Assembly (NCBI RefSeq): GCF_001997385.1
Contig: NZ_CP019633.1
Span: 1,560,001 to 1,592,000 of the forward strand
DNA from: Sedimentisphaera cyanobacteriorum
Lineage (GTDB): Bacteria; Planctomycetota; Phycisphaerae; Sedimentisphaerales; Sedimentisphaeraceae
DNA length: 32,000 nt
Reading direction: 5' to 3'
Both the position numbers and the translations under genes were made by a program. The notes below the pieces were generated by a model that had not been told where the DNA came from, made no database searches, and worked only from the letters and a program-made list of their open reading frames with translations. Below, one piece after another: positions 8,624 through 17,222 of the stretch (its first letter is position 1; every line of letters starts with the position of its first letter).

Positions 8624-9877
8624 TCATCCCATAAGAGCTGTAATGATAGTTACAATCGGCAGGAACATAGCAAGAACAATCGTTCCTACGATAAGGCCGA
8701 GTCCGACAATCATCAAAGGCTCAATAAGAGACATCAGAGAACCTACAAGTACATCCACATCTTCATCGAAGTTGTCTGCAACTTTGTAGAGCATTTTATC
8801 GAGATCACCTGTTTCCTCGCCCACATCAATCATATTGACAACGAGCGGGTCAACGGATTTTGTTTTCCTTAGCGGATTTGCGAATGTATCACCCTGCCTG
8901 ATAGCCACATGCACCTTATCGAGCACGCCGGCATAAATCTCATTGTCAGCTGTGTCTCTCGTGATATTGATTGCGTCGAGAATAGGAACACCTGCGCTGA
9001 TAAGCGTACCGAGCGTTCTTGTCCAGCGGGCAACACAGATTTTGTATGAAAGAACACCTACGACAGGCAGCCTGAGCTTAATCTTATCAAGAACGAGCCT
9101 TCCGAAACGGAATTTGCGTATAAATTTAAGAAAAATCTTGAAGGCTATCGGAAAAGCTATCACATAGACCCAGCCGTACTGGTTTGAGATCCAGTCGCTC
9201 AAGTCCATAAGGGCGAGCGTAATTCCGGGCAGCTCTGCCTTTCCGTCGGTCATATCTACAAGCACCTCAGCAAACTGAGGCACGATAAATTTCATCAAAC
9301 CCAAAAGAATTAAAATAGCTATCGCAAGAACTACAGTAGGGTAGGTAAGAGCACTTTTTACCCTTGATTTGAGCTTTTCAGCAGATTCGTAGAAATCTGC
9401 AACACGATTGAGAATAACATCGAGAACACCGCCGAGCTCGCCGGCAGCAATCATATTAACGAAAAGGGTGTCGAAACATTTGTTGTACTTCGCCATAGAC
9501 TCTGAAAGGCTCAAACCGCCTTCAATATCCTCAGACATAGCAGAAATAATCTTCTTGAGCGGCTTGCCCTTTTTCTGCTGCTCCTCGAGAATCTGGAGAG
9601 AGCGCAAAACCGAAAGTCCTGCATCCTGAAGCGTACTGAGCTGCCTTGCGAACTGGGTAACGTCTTTTGTACCGACCCTTTTATTCACACCAAACCGGCC
9701 TCTTCGCCGGCTTGTATCCACTTTAACCTTTTTCCCACCGCCTTTGGCCTTTATCTTTGTTGGATAATTGCCCTGATTGCGTATCTTGCTTCCGGCCTCC
9801 TTGCTGTTAAGGGCTTCAATTTCGGCCTTGAATTCCTTGCCGTTGGCATCTAAGGCTATATATTCAAAAACTGGCAT
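8624..9877 (-). CDS. gspF: T2SS/T4P inner-membrane platform protein (GspF/PilC family)
   Basis: 417 aa. Duplicated GspF-type cytoplasmic domains (FARQLSTLQDAGLSVLRSLQIL...; WTRTLGTLISAGVPILDAINI...) alternate with hydrophobic segments. AAGGAG RBS lies 10 nt after the upstream stop. Confidence 0.9.
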   Translation of the reverse strand: MPVFEYIALDANGKEFKAEIEALNSKEAGSKIRNQGNYPTKIKAKGGGKKVKVDTSRRRGRFGVNKRVGTKDVTQFARQLSTLQDAGLSVLRSLQILEEQQKKGKPLKKIISAMSEDIEGGLSLSESMAKYNKCFDTLFVNMIAAGELGGVLDVILNRVADFYESAEKLKSRVKSALTYPTVVLAIAILILLGLMKFIVPQFAEVLVDMTDGKAELPGITLALMDLSDWISNQYGWVYVIAFPIAFKIFLKFIRKFRFGRLVLDKIKLRLPVVGVLSYKICVARWTRTLGTLISAGVPILDAINITRDTADNEIYAGVLDKVHVAIRQGDTFANPLRKTKSVDPLVVNMIDVGEETGDLDKMLYKVADNFDEDVDVLVGSLMSLIEPLMIVGLGLIVGTIVLAMFLPIVTIITALMG

Positions 9878-9887
9878 TTCTCACTCC

Positions 9888-11636
9888 TTACTCTTCATCA
9901 GCAATGGTCTCCTTGACAACTTCTTCAATGGTCGTAAGCCCATCATAGATTGCCCTGAGCCCGCTTTCTCTAAGTAATACCATACCGCCTTTTCTTGCAG
10001 AGTTCCTGAGAACGGCAGTTGAGGCGTCATTCATTATCAAATCACGAATTTCATCGTTGAAGGCCATAATTTCAAAAATGCCGAGTCTGCCTTTGTAACC
10101 TGTGTTGTTGCAAACATCGCAGCCTCTGCCCCTGTAAAACTTTTTACCCTTCACATCGGAGGGGGTTAGGCCGAGTTCCATAAGCTCTTCTTCGGCCGGC
10201 TGATACTCCCTTTTGCAGTTCTGGCATACACGCCTTACAAGACGCTGTGCAACGATAGCCTCTACAGTTGCAGTAACGAGGAATTTCTCGAGGCCGAGGT
10301 CCAACAGACGAGCCACAGCACTCGGTGCGTCGTTGGTGTGAACCGTAGTTAAAACGAGGTGTCCTGTTAGGGCAGCTTCAGCAGAGATCTGGGCTGTCTG
10401 AAAATCTCGAATCTCACCAACCATTATCACGTCTGGGTCCTGCCTTAAGATTGATCTCAAACAGGCAGGGAACGTGAGGCCGATATCCGTTCTTATCTGA
10501 ACCTGATGAAGGCCTTCAACATCGTACTCTACCGGATCCTCAGTTGTGATTACCTTTCTTTCAATGCTGTTGAGCTCTTTGAGGCCTGCATAGAGTGTGG
10601 TTGTTTTTCCTGAGCCGGTTGGGCCGGTAACGATGACAATCCCGTTCGGCCTTCCGATAACCTGCTCCATAAGATCAACCTCCCTAGGCCCGAGGCCGAG
10701 CTCACTCATTGTAAGCTCAATCTGGGAGCGGTCTAAAACACGAAGCACTACGCTCTCGCCGAATACCGTGGGCAGTATGCTCACACGCATATCCACCTGT
10801 CGGTTGTTGAGAGTAAGCGAGATACGGCCGTCCTGAGGGAGACGCCTTTCGGAAATATCCAGATCCGCCATTACCTTAACCCTCGAACTGAGAGCTACAG
10901 CAATATGCTTAGGCGGAGGAACCATCTCGTAGAGCACCCCGTCAATACGGTAGCGCATGCGGTAGCTCTCTTCAAAAGGCTCGAAGTGTATATCGGAGGC
11001 CTTGTCGTTTATCGCCTGAATCAAAACAAGATTCAGCAGCTTCTTAACAGAGCTGGATTCGGCAAGCTCGGAGATCTCGTCGAGGTCGATACTCTCATCG
11101 CGGCCTTCCATACTTGTAAGGAAGGAATCCTTCTCGATCTCTCCGATAATTTCGTTTATGTTGCCCTTGTCTTTTGAGTAGTACCTGTCCAGCACCTGAT
11201 CAAGGGAATTTTTAGATGTAACCACAGCCTTGACATTATAGCCCATCAAACTCTTGAGCTCATCTGTAGCCCTGAAATTGTTCGGGTCGTCTATTGCTAT
11301 GGTGAGAAGGTTATCTGACTTGCTGAAATCAACAGGAACAATCCTGTAGGAGGCTGCCATTTGTGCCGGAATAGTGCTGGCCACCTCGTCGCTGAGCTCC
11401 ATCCCTTCAATCTCGCTGTATTCCATTCCCCTCTGCGCGGCCAATGCTACGTTCAGCTGCTGCTGGGTAATGTGCCCCTGGGATATCAGGATCTGCCCAA
11501 GCTTTTGCCCCGCCATCTCGGACTTCTGCAGCTTGATGCATTCATGCAGAACATTCCTCGTAAGGATGCCCTTCTTTATAAGGACCCTTCCAAGGTATCT
11601 ACCCCTGAGTTGATCTAATGGGACTTCTTTAGCCAT
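9888..11636 (-). CDS. gspE: PilB/GspE-type assembly ATPase, copy 2, with N-terminal MshEN-like domain
   Basis: 582 aa. Walker A GPTGSGKTT; Asp box TTEDPVEY; Walker B VIMVGEIRD; His box TGHLVLTTVHTNDA; tetracysteine CQNC...CDVCNNTGYKGRLGIFE. The N-terminus carries two tandem LGxxLIxxGxIxxxxLxxxLxxQ motifs. Confidence 0.9.
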   Translation of the reverse strand: MAKEVPLDQLRGRYLGRVLIKKGILTRNVLHECIKLQKSEMAGQKLGQILISQGHITQQQLNVALAAQRGMEYSEIEGMELSDEVASTIPAQMAASYRIVPVDFSKSDNLLTIAIDDPNNFRATDELKSLMGYNVKAVVTSKNSLDQVLDRYYSKDKGNINEIIGEIEKDSFLTSMEGRDESIDLDEISELAESSSVKKLLNLVLIQAINDKASDIHFEPFEESYRMRYRIDGVLYEMVPPPKHIAVALSSRVKVMADLDISERRLPQDGRISLTLNNRQVDMRVSILPTVFGESVVLRVLDRSQIELTMSELGLGPREVDLMEQVIGRPNGIVIVTGPTGSGKTTTLYAGLKELNSIERKVITTEDPVEYDVEGLHQVQIRTDIGLTFPACLRSILRQDPDVIMVGEIRDFQTAQISAEAALTGHLVLTTVHTNDAPSAVARLLDLGLEKFLVTATVEAIVAQRLVRRVCQNCKREYQPAEEELMELGLTPSDVKGKKFYRGRGCDVCNNTGYKGRLGIFEIMAFNDEIRDLIMNDASTAVLRNSARKGGMVLLRESGLRAIYDGLTTIEEVVKETIADEE

Positions 11637-11692
11637 AATTAGCTTTCTCCGTCTTCTTTGCGAAACTCGAGCATTATTGAAGCTCTAACATT

Positions 11693-11720
11693 AATATAAC
11701 ACTGAAAAACCGCATTACAA
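11693..11720 (-). promoter_or_regulatory. Putative internal sigma70-type promoter (extended -10) upstream of gspE copy 2
   Basis: On the minus strand, TTGTAA-N16-(TGT)TATATT sits in the 175-bp pilT/gspE gap. The RBS gacggag follows. Confidence 0.3.
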
Positions 11721-11811
11721 GCAATAAAAAGGTTAGACACTTAGTAATTGAAACAGCCTCTTTGTATAGAATGCGGATTTGGGCTTTTGAAACATCCAAA
11801 TTTTGGGCGTC

Positions 11812-12948
11812 TCAGGCCTGGCCGAGAGTCTGCATTTCTCCAATGATCGGCCCCATTTTTGCGTGGTCGGGGTCTTTGGGGAAGTTTTCCCTTGCCTTCT
11901 TGAGCATCTCTGCGGGGTTTCTGGATTTGTCAACCAGCTCCATAAGGGAAATCTGCCCCTTCTGATAAAGCTCCCATAAGTGGTCGTCAAGAAGCCTCAT
12001 ACCCAGATTGCGGCATGTCTGTATGGTTGATTCAATCCTATAGGTCTTATTTTCCCTGATAAGGTTTGAAATAGCTGGAGTAACAAGCATAAACTCGTAT
12101 GCCGCTACCCTGCCTTTTGCATTCTTAACCGGACAAAGCGTTTGAGAAAGCACGGCAATAAGGTTGGTACTGAGCTGCACCCTGATCATTTCCTGCTGAT
12201 TGGTAGGGAAGGCATCAATAATCCTGTTTACAGTTCCCTGACAGCCGGTGGTGTGAAGCGTTCCAAATACCAAGTGTCCAGTCTCTGCGGCACTTATAGC
12301 AGCCTCGATTGTATCGAGATCGCGAAGCTCACCTACGAGAATAACATCGGGGTCCTGACGCAGAGATCTCTTCAGTGCCTCAGCAAAAGTGGGCACATCA
12401 AGCCCTACCTCACGCTGGTTTATAACCGCCCTTTTGTGGTTATGATAATACTCAATCGGCTCTTCCACAGTAATGATATGTGTATCAAGATTTTCGTTGA
12501 TATAGTTAATCATACTTGCAAGCGTTGTCGTTTTACCCGAACCAGTTGGGCCGGTAACGAGGAACAGGCCTCTCGGGCGTCTGCAAAGGCTGGCAGTTGG
12601 GCCGGGGAGGCCAATCTGATCAAATGATAAAAACTTTGAGGGAATCAGACGAAGAACCATCGAAATATTGCTCTTCTGCCTGAAAACCGCCACACGGAAA
12701 CGACCGTAATCGCCGAAAGCGAAACCAAAATCGCAGCTTCCGTCTTCCTGAAGCTGCTGCTGATTTTTCTCCGGCGTAATACTTTTCATAAGGGCTGTAG
12801 TGTCCTCAGAATCCAGCACTTTTGTATCCAGTGATTTGAGCGATCCGCTGATACGAAGTGTCGGCGGGCGGCCTACGACAATATGTATATCTGAGCCCCC
12901 CATTCTGATACAAGCATCAAGTAACCTGTCAATTTGTATAGTTGCCAT
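11812..12948 (-). CDS. pilT: PilT-type retraction ATPase
   Basis: 378 aa. SDIHIVVGRPPTLRISG; Walker A GPTGSGKTT; DPDVILVGELRD; ETGHLVFGTLHT; PilT signature AISNLIRENK. No N-terminal T2SSE_N domain and no tetracysteine motif. Confidence 0.9.
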   Translation of the reverse strand: MATIQIDRLLDACIRMGGSDIHIVVGRPPTLRISGSLKSLDTKVLDSEDTTALMKSITPEKNQQQLQEDGSCDFGFAFGDYGRFRVAVFRQKSNISMVLRLIPSKFLSFDQIGLPGPTASLCRRPRGLFLVTGPTGSGKTTTLASMINYINENLDTHIITVEEPIEYYHNHKRAVINQREVGLDVPTFAEALKRSLRQDPDVILVGELRDLDTIEAAISAAETGHLVFGTLHTTGCQGTVNRIIDAFPTNQQEMIRVQLSTNLIAVLSQTLCPVKNAKGRVAAYEFMLVTPAISNLIRENKTYRIESTIQTCRNLGMRLLDDHLWELYQKGQISLMELVDKSRNPAEMLKKARENFPKDPDHAKMGPIIGEMQTLGQA

Positions 12949-12992
12949 TTATGTAAATCCTGTAATTTTATAATGATATTATAAATAATTTT

Positions 12993-14705
12993 TTATTCGA
13001 TAACAATCTCGTCGCTCTGCGCAACTCTGGCCACCTCTTCGGGCGTTGTGTAGCCTGAGAAGATCTTCTTAATCCCGTCTTCAACCAGAGGCCTCATCCC
13101 GCTTGAAAGGGCAGCTTTTCGAAGCTCCTGAGTAGGAGCGCAGGCAAACGCAAGCTCTCTCAATTCTGTATTCATTTCGAGCATTTCGAAAATAGCCATA
13201 CGCCCCTTATAGCCTGTGCCGTTGCACCTGCTGCAGCCTTTTCCTTTGTATATTGGTTTTTCTTTGAAGTCTTCATTTTGAATGTTCAATGCACGAAGGT
13301 ATCTTGAATCGGGTTCATGGTCAACCTCCTTGCATTCAGAGCAAATCCTTCTTACAAGCCTCTGAGCCATAATGGCCTGTATCGAACTTGCCACGAGGAA
13401 AGGCTTAACGCCCATGTCAATCAAACGAGCTACAGCACTTGAGGCATCGTTTGTATGGAGTGTACTGAATACCAAGTGTCCTGTGAGAGCTGCCTGAATG
13501 GCGATATCAGCCACCTCGCCGTCTCGAATCTCACCAACAAGAATAACATTCGGCGACTGCCTCAGCATAGAACGCAGGATAGTGGAAAAATCAAGTTTGA
13601 TTTCCGTATTAACCTGACACTGATTTATTCCGCCTACCATATACTCAACAGGGTCTTCAGCGGTAATAATCTTCTTATCCGGACGGTTAAGCTCTTTCAG
13701 AGCTGAGTAGAGCGTAGTTGTTTTACCAGAACCCGTTGGGCCGGTAACAAGGAAAATACCGTTCGGCCTCTTGATAATTTTTTCAAATCTGCCGTAAAGC
13801 TCGTCATCAAACCCGAGTGCCTGAATACCGATATTAACATTATCCGGACGCAGAATACGAAGAACAATGCTCGGGCCGTGATACCCGGGAAGGCAGGATA
13901 CACGAAAATCGATCTGCGTTCCTTTGTACTCCCTCTTAATACGGCCGTCCTGAGGAATCCTTCTTTCCGCAATATCCATATTGGAAAGAATCTTGAAACG
14001 GGCAATCAGCGGATTCTGCATATTCTTGGGCACATCGCTTCGCTCTATGCACACGCCGTCGATTCTGTAGCGAATACGCACCCTTGAGGCCATTGATTCA
14101 ATATGAATATCCGAAGCCCCCATATTAACCGCTTCATCAATAATCAGATTAGCAAGCTTGATTACAGGCCCGTCATCATCGGCCTGCTCGGCATTGCCTG
14201 CAATCTTGATTGTGCTTTCAATTGTCTCGCCCTCTTCGAAGAGGTCTTCAGTAGCCTTATCGATGCTGTCTCGTATTACATCTGTAGCCTTATTGATGTA
14301 TTCCCGAATTCGAGTTGGACTGCCTACATAACATTCGAGGTCTTTGTTGAATTTGAAGCGGAGCGTGTCGAGAGCCTCGAGATTTCGAGGGTCTGAGATG
14401 ATTATTTTCATTTTTCCGTTCTCTTCGCCGAACGGGATTGCCTGTAGGGATTTTACGATGTCCTTGGGGAGATAAGTCTCTACGTTTTCAGGGAGCCTGA
14501 TCTGATCGAAATCGGCGTATTTCATTCCTGCCTGCTTGGCAAGAGCCGAAGCCACATCATCCTCGGTTACCGCGCCCATTTCTACAAGAACCTCGCCTGT
14601 AAGCCGGTCTGTCTTTTGAGCAGTTTTTACTGCTTTTGCCAGAGGCAGCTTATCAACGAGATTCCTACCGTAAAGAATTTCTCCAATTCTTTTTTTCTTA
14701 GCCAT
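12993..14705 (-). CDS. gspE: PilB/GspE-type assembly ATPase, copy 1
   Basis: 570 aa. Walker A GPTGSGKTT; AEDPVEY; VILVGEIRD; TGHLVFSTLHTNDA; CSEC...CSRCNGTGYKGRMAIFE. An N-terminal T2SSE_N-like domain is present with degraded MshEN motifs. Confidence 0.9.
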   Translation of the reverse strand: MAKKKRIGEILYGRNLVDKLPLAKAVKTAQKTDRLTGEVLVEMGAVTEDDVASALAKQAGMKYADFDQIRLPENVETYLPKDIVKSLQAIPFGEENGKMKIIISDPRNLEALDTLRFKFNKDLECYVGSPTRIREYINKATDVIRDSIDKATEDLFEEGETIESTIKIAGNAEQADDDGPVIKLANLIIDEAVNMGASDIHIESMASRVRIRYRIDGVCIERSDVPKNMQNPLIARFKILSNMDIAERRIPQDGRIKREYKGTQIDFRVSCLPGYHGPSIVLRILRPDNVNIGIQALGFDDELYGRFEKIIKRPNGIFLVTGPTGSGKTTTLYSALKELNRPDKKIITAEDPVEYMVGGINQCQVNTEIKLDFSTILRSMLRQSPNVILVGEIRDGEVADIAIQAALTGHLVFSTLHTNDASSAVARLIDMGVKPFLVASSIQAIMAQRLVRRICSECKEVDHEPDSRYLRALNIQNEDFKEKPIYKGKGCSRCNGTGYKGRMAIFEMLEMNTELRELAFACAPTQELRKAALSSGMRPLVEDGIKKIFSGYTTPEEVARVAQSDEIVIE

Positions 14706-14758
14706 TGGATTTATGCCTGAATTGAATCATTAACAAAATTAAAGCCTGCATTTTTGGA

Positions 14759-14786
14759 ATTATATAAAGGCTTTGTTTTTAGTCAA
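14759..14786 (-). promoter_or_regulatory. Putative sigma70-type promoter of the T2SS/T4P-like operon
   Basis: On the minus strand, TTGACT (14786-14781), N16, TATAAT (14764-14759), about 54 nt upstream of ATG 14705. Confidence 0.5.
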
Positions 14787-14793
14787 ACAAAGC
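14770..14793 (-). terminator. Possible weak intrinsic terminator of cinA
   Basis: On the minus strand, gctttgttt-gactaa-aaacaaagc (9-bp, AT-rich stem) starts at the last base of the cinA stop codon. It is followed by the T-rich cTTTaTaTaaTT. Confidence 0.3.
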
Positions 14794-16016
14794 TATAAAA
14801 ATTCTCTGCGGAGTACGTCAATACCAGTAAGCGCTGCTCTAAGCCTGCATCCTTTCCTTCCTCCCGGGTAGAACAGCTTCCGGACAACACATTTTTCTTT
14901 AGAAGCAACGCAGATATATACCGTCCCGACCGGTTTTTGTTCAGTCCCGCCAGAAGGGCCGGCAACCCCGGAAACAGAGACAGAAAAATCTGCCGCAGAG
15001 ATTTTCAGTGCATTTTCGGCCATCTCACGTACTGTCTGCTCGCTCACTGCCCCGTACTGCTTTAGAGTGTCCGGGCATACACCGAGCCTTTCGGATTTTG
15101 CCTCATTTGAATAGCTAACCCAGCCGATTTGGAAACAGCCGCTGGAACCGGGAACATCGGTGAGCAGTTTGGCAATCAGCCCGCCCGTGCAGGACTCAGC
15201 TGTGGTTACAGTTTTGCCGGCATCCAGCAGCCTTCGAACTGCGGCTTCCGGAAGACTTATATCCTCATCTGCATACACGTATTCGCCCAGAAGAGATTTC
15301 GCCTTATCCACTGAGTTACTAAGCAAATCTTCGGCTTCCTTCGATCCTGCCCTTGCAAGAAACGAAAGAGTTATAACGTATTCTTTTACCGTACAGTTGA
15401 TCTCTGGGTTTGCGCCTCTGTCCATCATATCGCCCAGCAGCTCGGCTACGCTCGATTCTCCAAGGCCAAAAACTTTGAGAACTCTTCTATCAGCAAAGGC
15501 TTGGCCTGAAATCTCAGGGGCTATATGCTGCTCAAACATCGCCTTCATCTCAGAGGGTACGCCCGGGAGCGAATAGACAGCGAATGAACCGGAAGAAATC
15601 TTTATGCCCGGGGCCGTTCCGTTATTATTCAAAAGAGGCTGACTGCCCTCAGGGATGTATGCCTGCACTGAGTTTATCTCGCTCATCCTGCGGCGTCGCT
15701 TTTGAAAATAACTTTCGATATGAGCAAAAAGGCTGTCTTTGTAAACAAGCGGTCTTCCAGTCCAAACAGATAGAGCATCACGAGTAATATCATCTTTGGT
15801 TGGGCCTAGGCCCCCGGTTATTATGCAGATATCAGAAAACCTTGAGGCATAATCTAAGGCCTCCGCCAGAGCCCAATGTTCATCCGGGAGCTTCATTGAA
15901 AGCGAAAGCTCAAAATTTAAGTCTATCAGCTTTTCCTTAAGCCATTCGGAATTGCTGTCATAACAGCTGCCGTTAATGAGTTCGTTTCCTACAGATATTA
16001 TCGCCGCTTTTTTCAT
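14793..16016 (-). CDS. cinA: CinA family protein (MoCF-like N-domain + nicotinamide-nucleotide amidohydrolase PncC C-domain)
   Basis: 407 aa. AAIISVGNELINGSCYDSNSEWL...ITGGLGPTKDDITR (CinA N-domain). TVTTAESCTGGLIAKLLTDVPGSS...VSGVAGPSGGTEQKPVGTVYI (CinA_C). Confidence 0.9.
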   Translation of the reverse strand: MKKAAIISVGNELINGSCYDSNSEWLKEKLIDLNFELSLSMKLPDEHWALAEALDYASRFSDICIITGGLGPTKDDITRDALSVWTGRPLVYKDSLFAHIESYFQKRRRRMSEINSVQAYIPEGSQPLLNNNGTAPGIKISSGSFAVYSLPGVPSEMKAMFEQHIAPEISGQAFADRRVLKVFGLGESSVAELLGDMMDRGANPEINCTVKEYVITLSFLARAGSKEAEDLLSNSVDKAKSLLGEYVYADEDISLPEAAVRRLLDAGKTVTTAESCTGGLIAKLLTDVPGSSGCFQIGWVSYSNEAKSERLGVCPDTLKQYGAVSEQTVREMAENALKISAADFSVSVSGVAGPSGGTEQKPVGTVYICVASKEKCVVRKLFYPGGRKGCRLRAALTGIDVLRREFL

Positions 16017-16020
16017 AATA

Positions 16021-16059
16021 AAATAAAAAAAAGCTCCGCGGCCGGAAGGCCGTCGAAGC
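16021..16059 (-). terminator. Intrinsic terminator downstream of the HU-like gene
   Basis: On the minus strand, gcttcgacggcc-ttcc-ggccgcggagc (11 bp, one bulge, one G-U) is followed by TTTTTTTTATTT. Confidence 0.6.
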
Positions 16060-16083
16060 CCTGCAATTCAAACTTAGAGCCTT

Positions 16084-16371
16084 CTAATCGCCGGAAACCT
16101 TGTTTTTCATCATTCTTCCCGGCTTAAATTTAACAGTCCTTTTCGAAGGCACCTGAACTTTCTCAAGAGTTTTAGGATTCTGAGCTACTCTATGAGCCCT
16201 GTTTTTAGTTTCAAACACACCGAAATCACGAAACTCGAGCCTGTTGCCCTGTTCGAGCTCTTCCACAATTTCATCAAGGAATGTCTGCACTACAACCTTG
16301 ACCGCAACTCTTTTTTCGCCAGTCTTTTCTGCTATTCTGTCAATCAACTCTTTTTTGGTGACGGTATTCAT
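16084..16371 (-). CDS. hup: HU/IHF family nucleoid-associated DNA-binding protein
   Basis: 95 aa. MNTVTKKELIDRIAEKTG...VVQTFLDEIVEEL..GNRLEFRDFGVFETKNRAHRVAQNPKTLEKVQVPSKRTVKFKPG matches the classic HU/IHF fold signature. Confidence 0.9.
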   Translation of the reverse strand: MNTVTKKELIDRIAEKTGEKRVAVKVVVQTFLDEIVEELEQGNRLEFRDFGVFETKNRAHRVAQNPKTLEKVQVPSKRTVKFKPGRMMKNKVSGD

Positions 16372-16639
16372 TAGACCCTCTTCAGTAATGTATGATCTTA
16401 AAATCAGCCATCTTTTCTTCTACAAAGCCAAACGCGGCAAGTAACTATAACGTAAAGACTTCCATTCAGCAAGTTAAAAATTCAACTTTTAATCAAGCTT
16501 TTTGTGTATATTTTAGCTTAGCGGATTTTAAGAGGTTTTTTTCGCTTAGTAAACAGTTTTCTGAAACATCTTCTTGAGGGAAAAGCGATATGCAAATTCG
16601 CAGAAAGCCTATCCGCACAGTTGAATTTGAGTTTAAAGA

Positions 16640-17089
16640 TTAAAAACTCACGCCGCCGTCAGCGTCTTTCTGCGGGGGCTTTTCAACCTTACGGCATACA
16701 ATCCTTCTTTCGCCAAGCATCGTTCCGTTAGCGTAAATCTGGAAGCGGTATTCCCCGGGTTCAGGGAAAACAACACCCTGCATTTTCAGGGCAAGGGTGA
16801 GAATGTGTCTTACATCTCGAAATTCGACAGTTTTTTTCTGATTAAACAGGACTTTGTCGTCTTCTTCCAAGTCAACAAGAACTATCTCTACTTCCGTCTG
16901 TCCGTGGCCGTTAGTAAGTTCGCAGAAAAACACCAGCTCGGAATGACGCAATGGGAAATTTACAGAATTTACTACCTGCACGATATTTATAATACTCGGC
17001 ATACCGGATATTCGGTCAAAAATCACCCTGTCGCAGGTAATCGCCGAAAGCATAACTGGAGGTACTTCTGACATTATGAATCCATCCAT
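16640..17089 (-). CDS. Hypothetical protein (small, soluble, no motif I recognise)
   Basis: 149-aa ORF with coding-like composition, flanked by AT-rich gaps of 133 and 268 bp. The alternative ATG 17074 is preceded by ggatgga. A possible TTGTTA-N16-TAGAAT promoter lies at 17135-17162. Confidence 0.5.
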   Translation of the reverse strand: MDGFIMSEVPPVMLSAITCDRVIFDRISGMPSIINIVQVVNSVNFPLRHSELVFFCELTNGHGQTEVEIVLVDLEEDDKVLFNQKKTVEFRDVRHILTLALKMQGVVFPEPGEYRFQIYANGTMLGERRIVCRKVEKPPQKDADGGVSF

Positions 17090-17222
17090 TTAAAATTAAA
17101 AATCAGGGGCAGAATAACCTTAAAAATCAAGTTTATTCTAACATAAAGCTGCTGATTAACAAGTTAATAATGCCTATTGGCAACAGGGTTAAGCCATTCG
17201 CAGGCGAAACATTTTAACTTAT

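Noticed and set aside
10597-14396. Plus-strand ORFs of 69-161 aa inside the three minus-strand ATPase genes (e.g. 10597-10836, 10905-11177, 12142-12627, 13455-13706, 14103-14396)
   Set aside because: They are antisense shadows of strongly conserved ATPase coding frames. Their products are low-complexity or hydrophobic with no motifs, and the opposite strand has unambiguous Walker and His boxes.
16372-16639. 268-bp intergenic spacer as an sRNA, riboswitch or small gene
   Set aside because: I found only 4-5-bp stems, no terminator-like structure and no conserved-looking motif. A weak TTGCTG-N17-TATAGT promoter for the HU gene is possible but not compelling.
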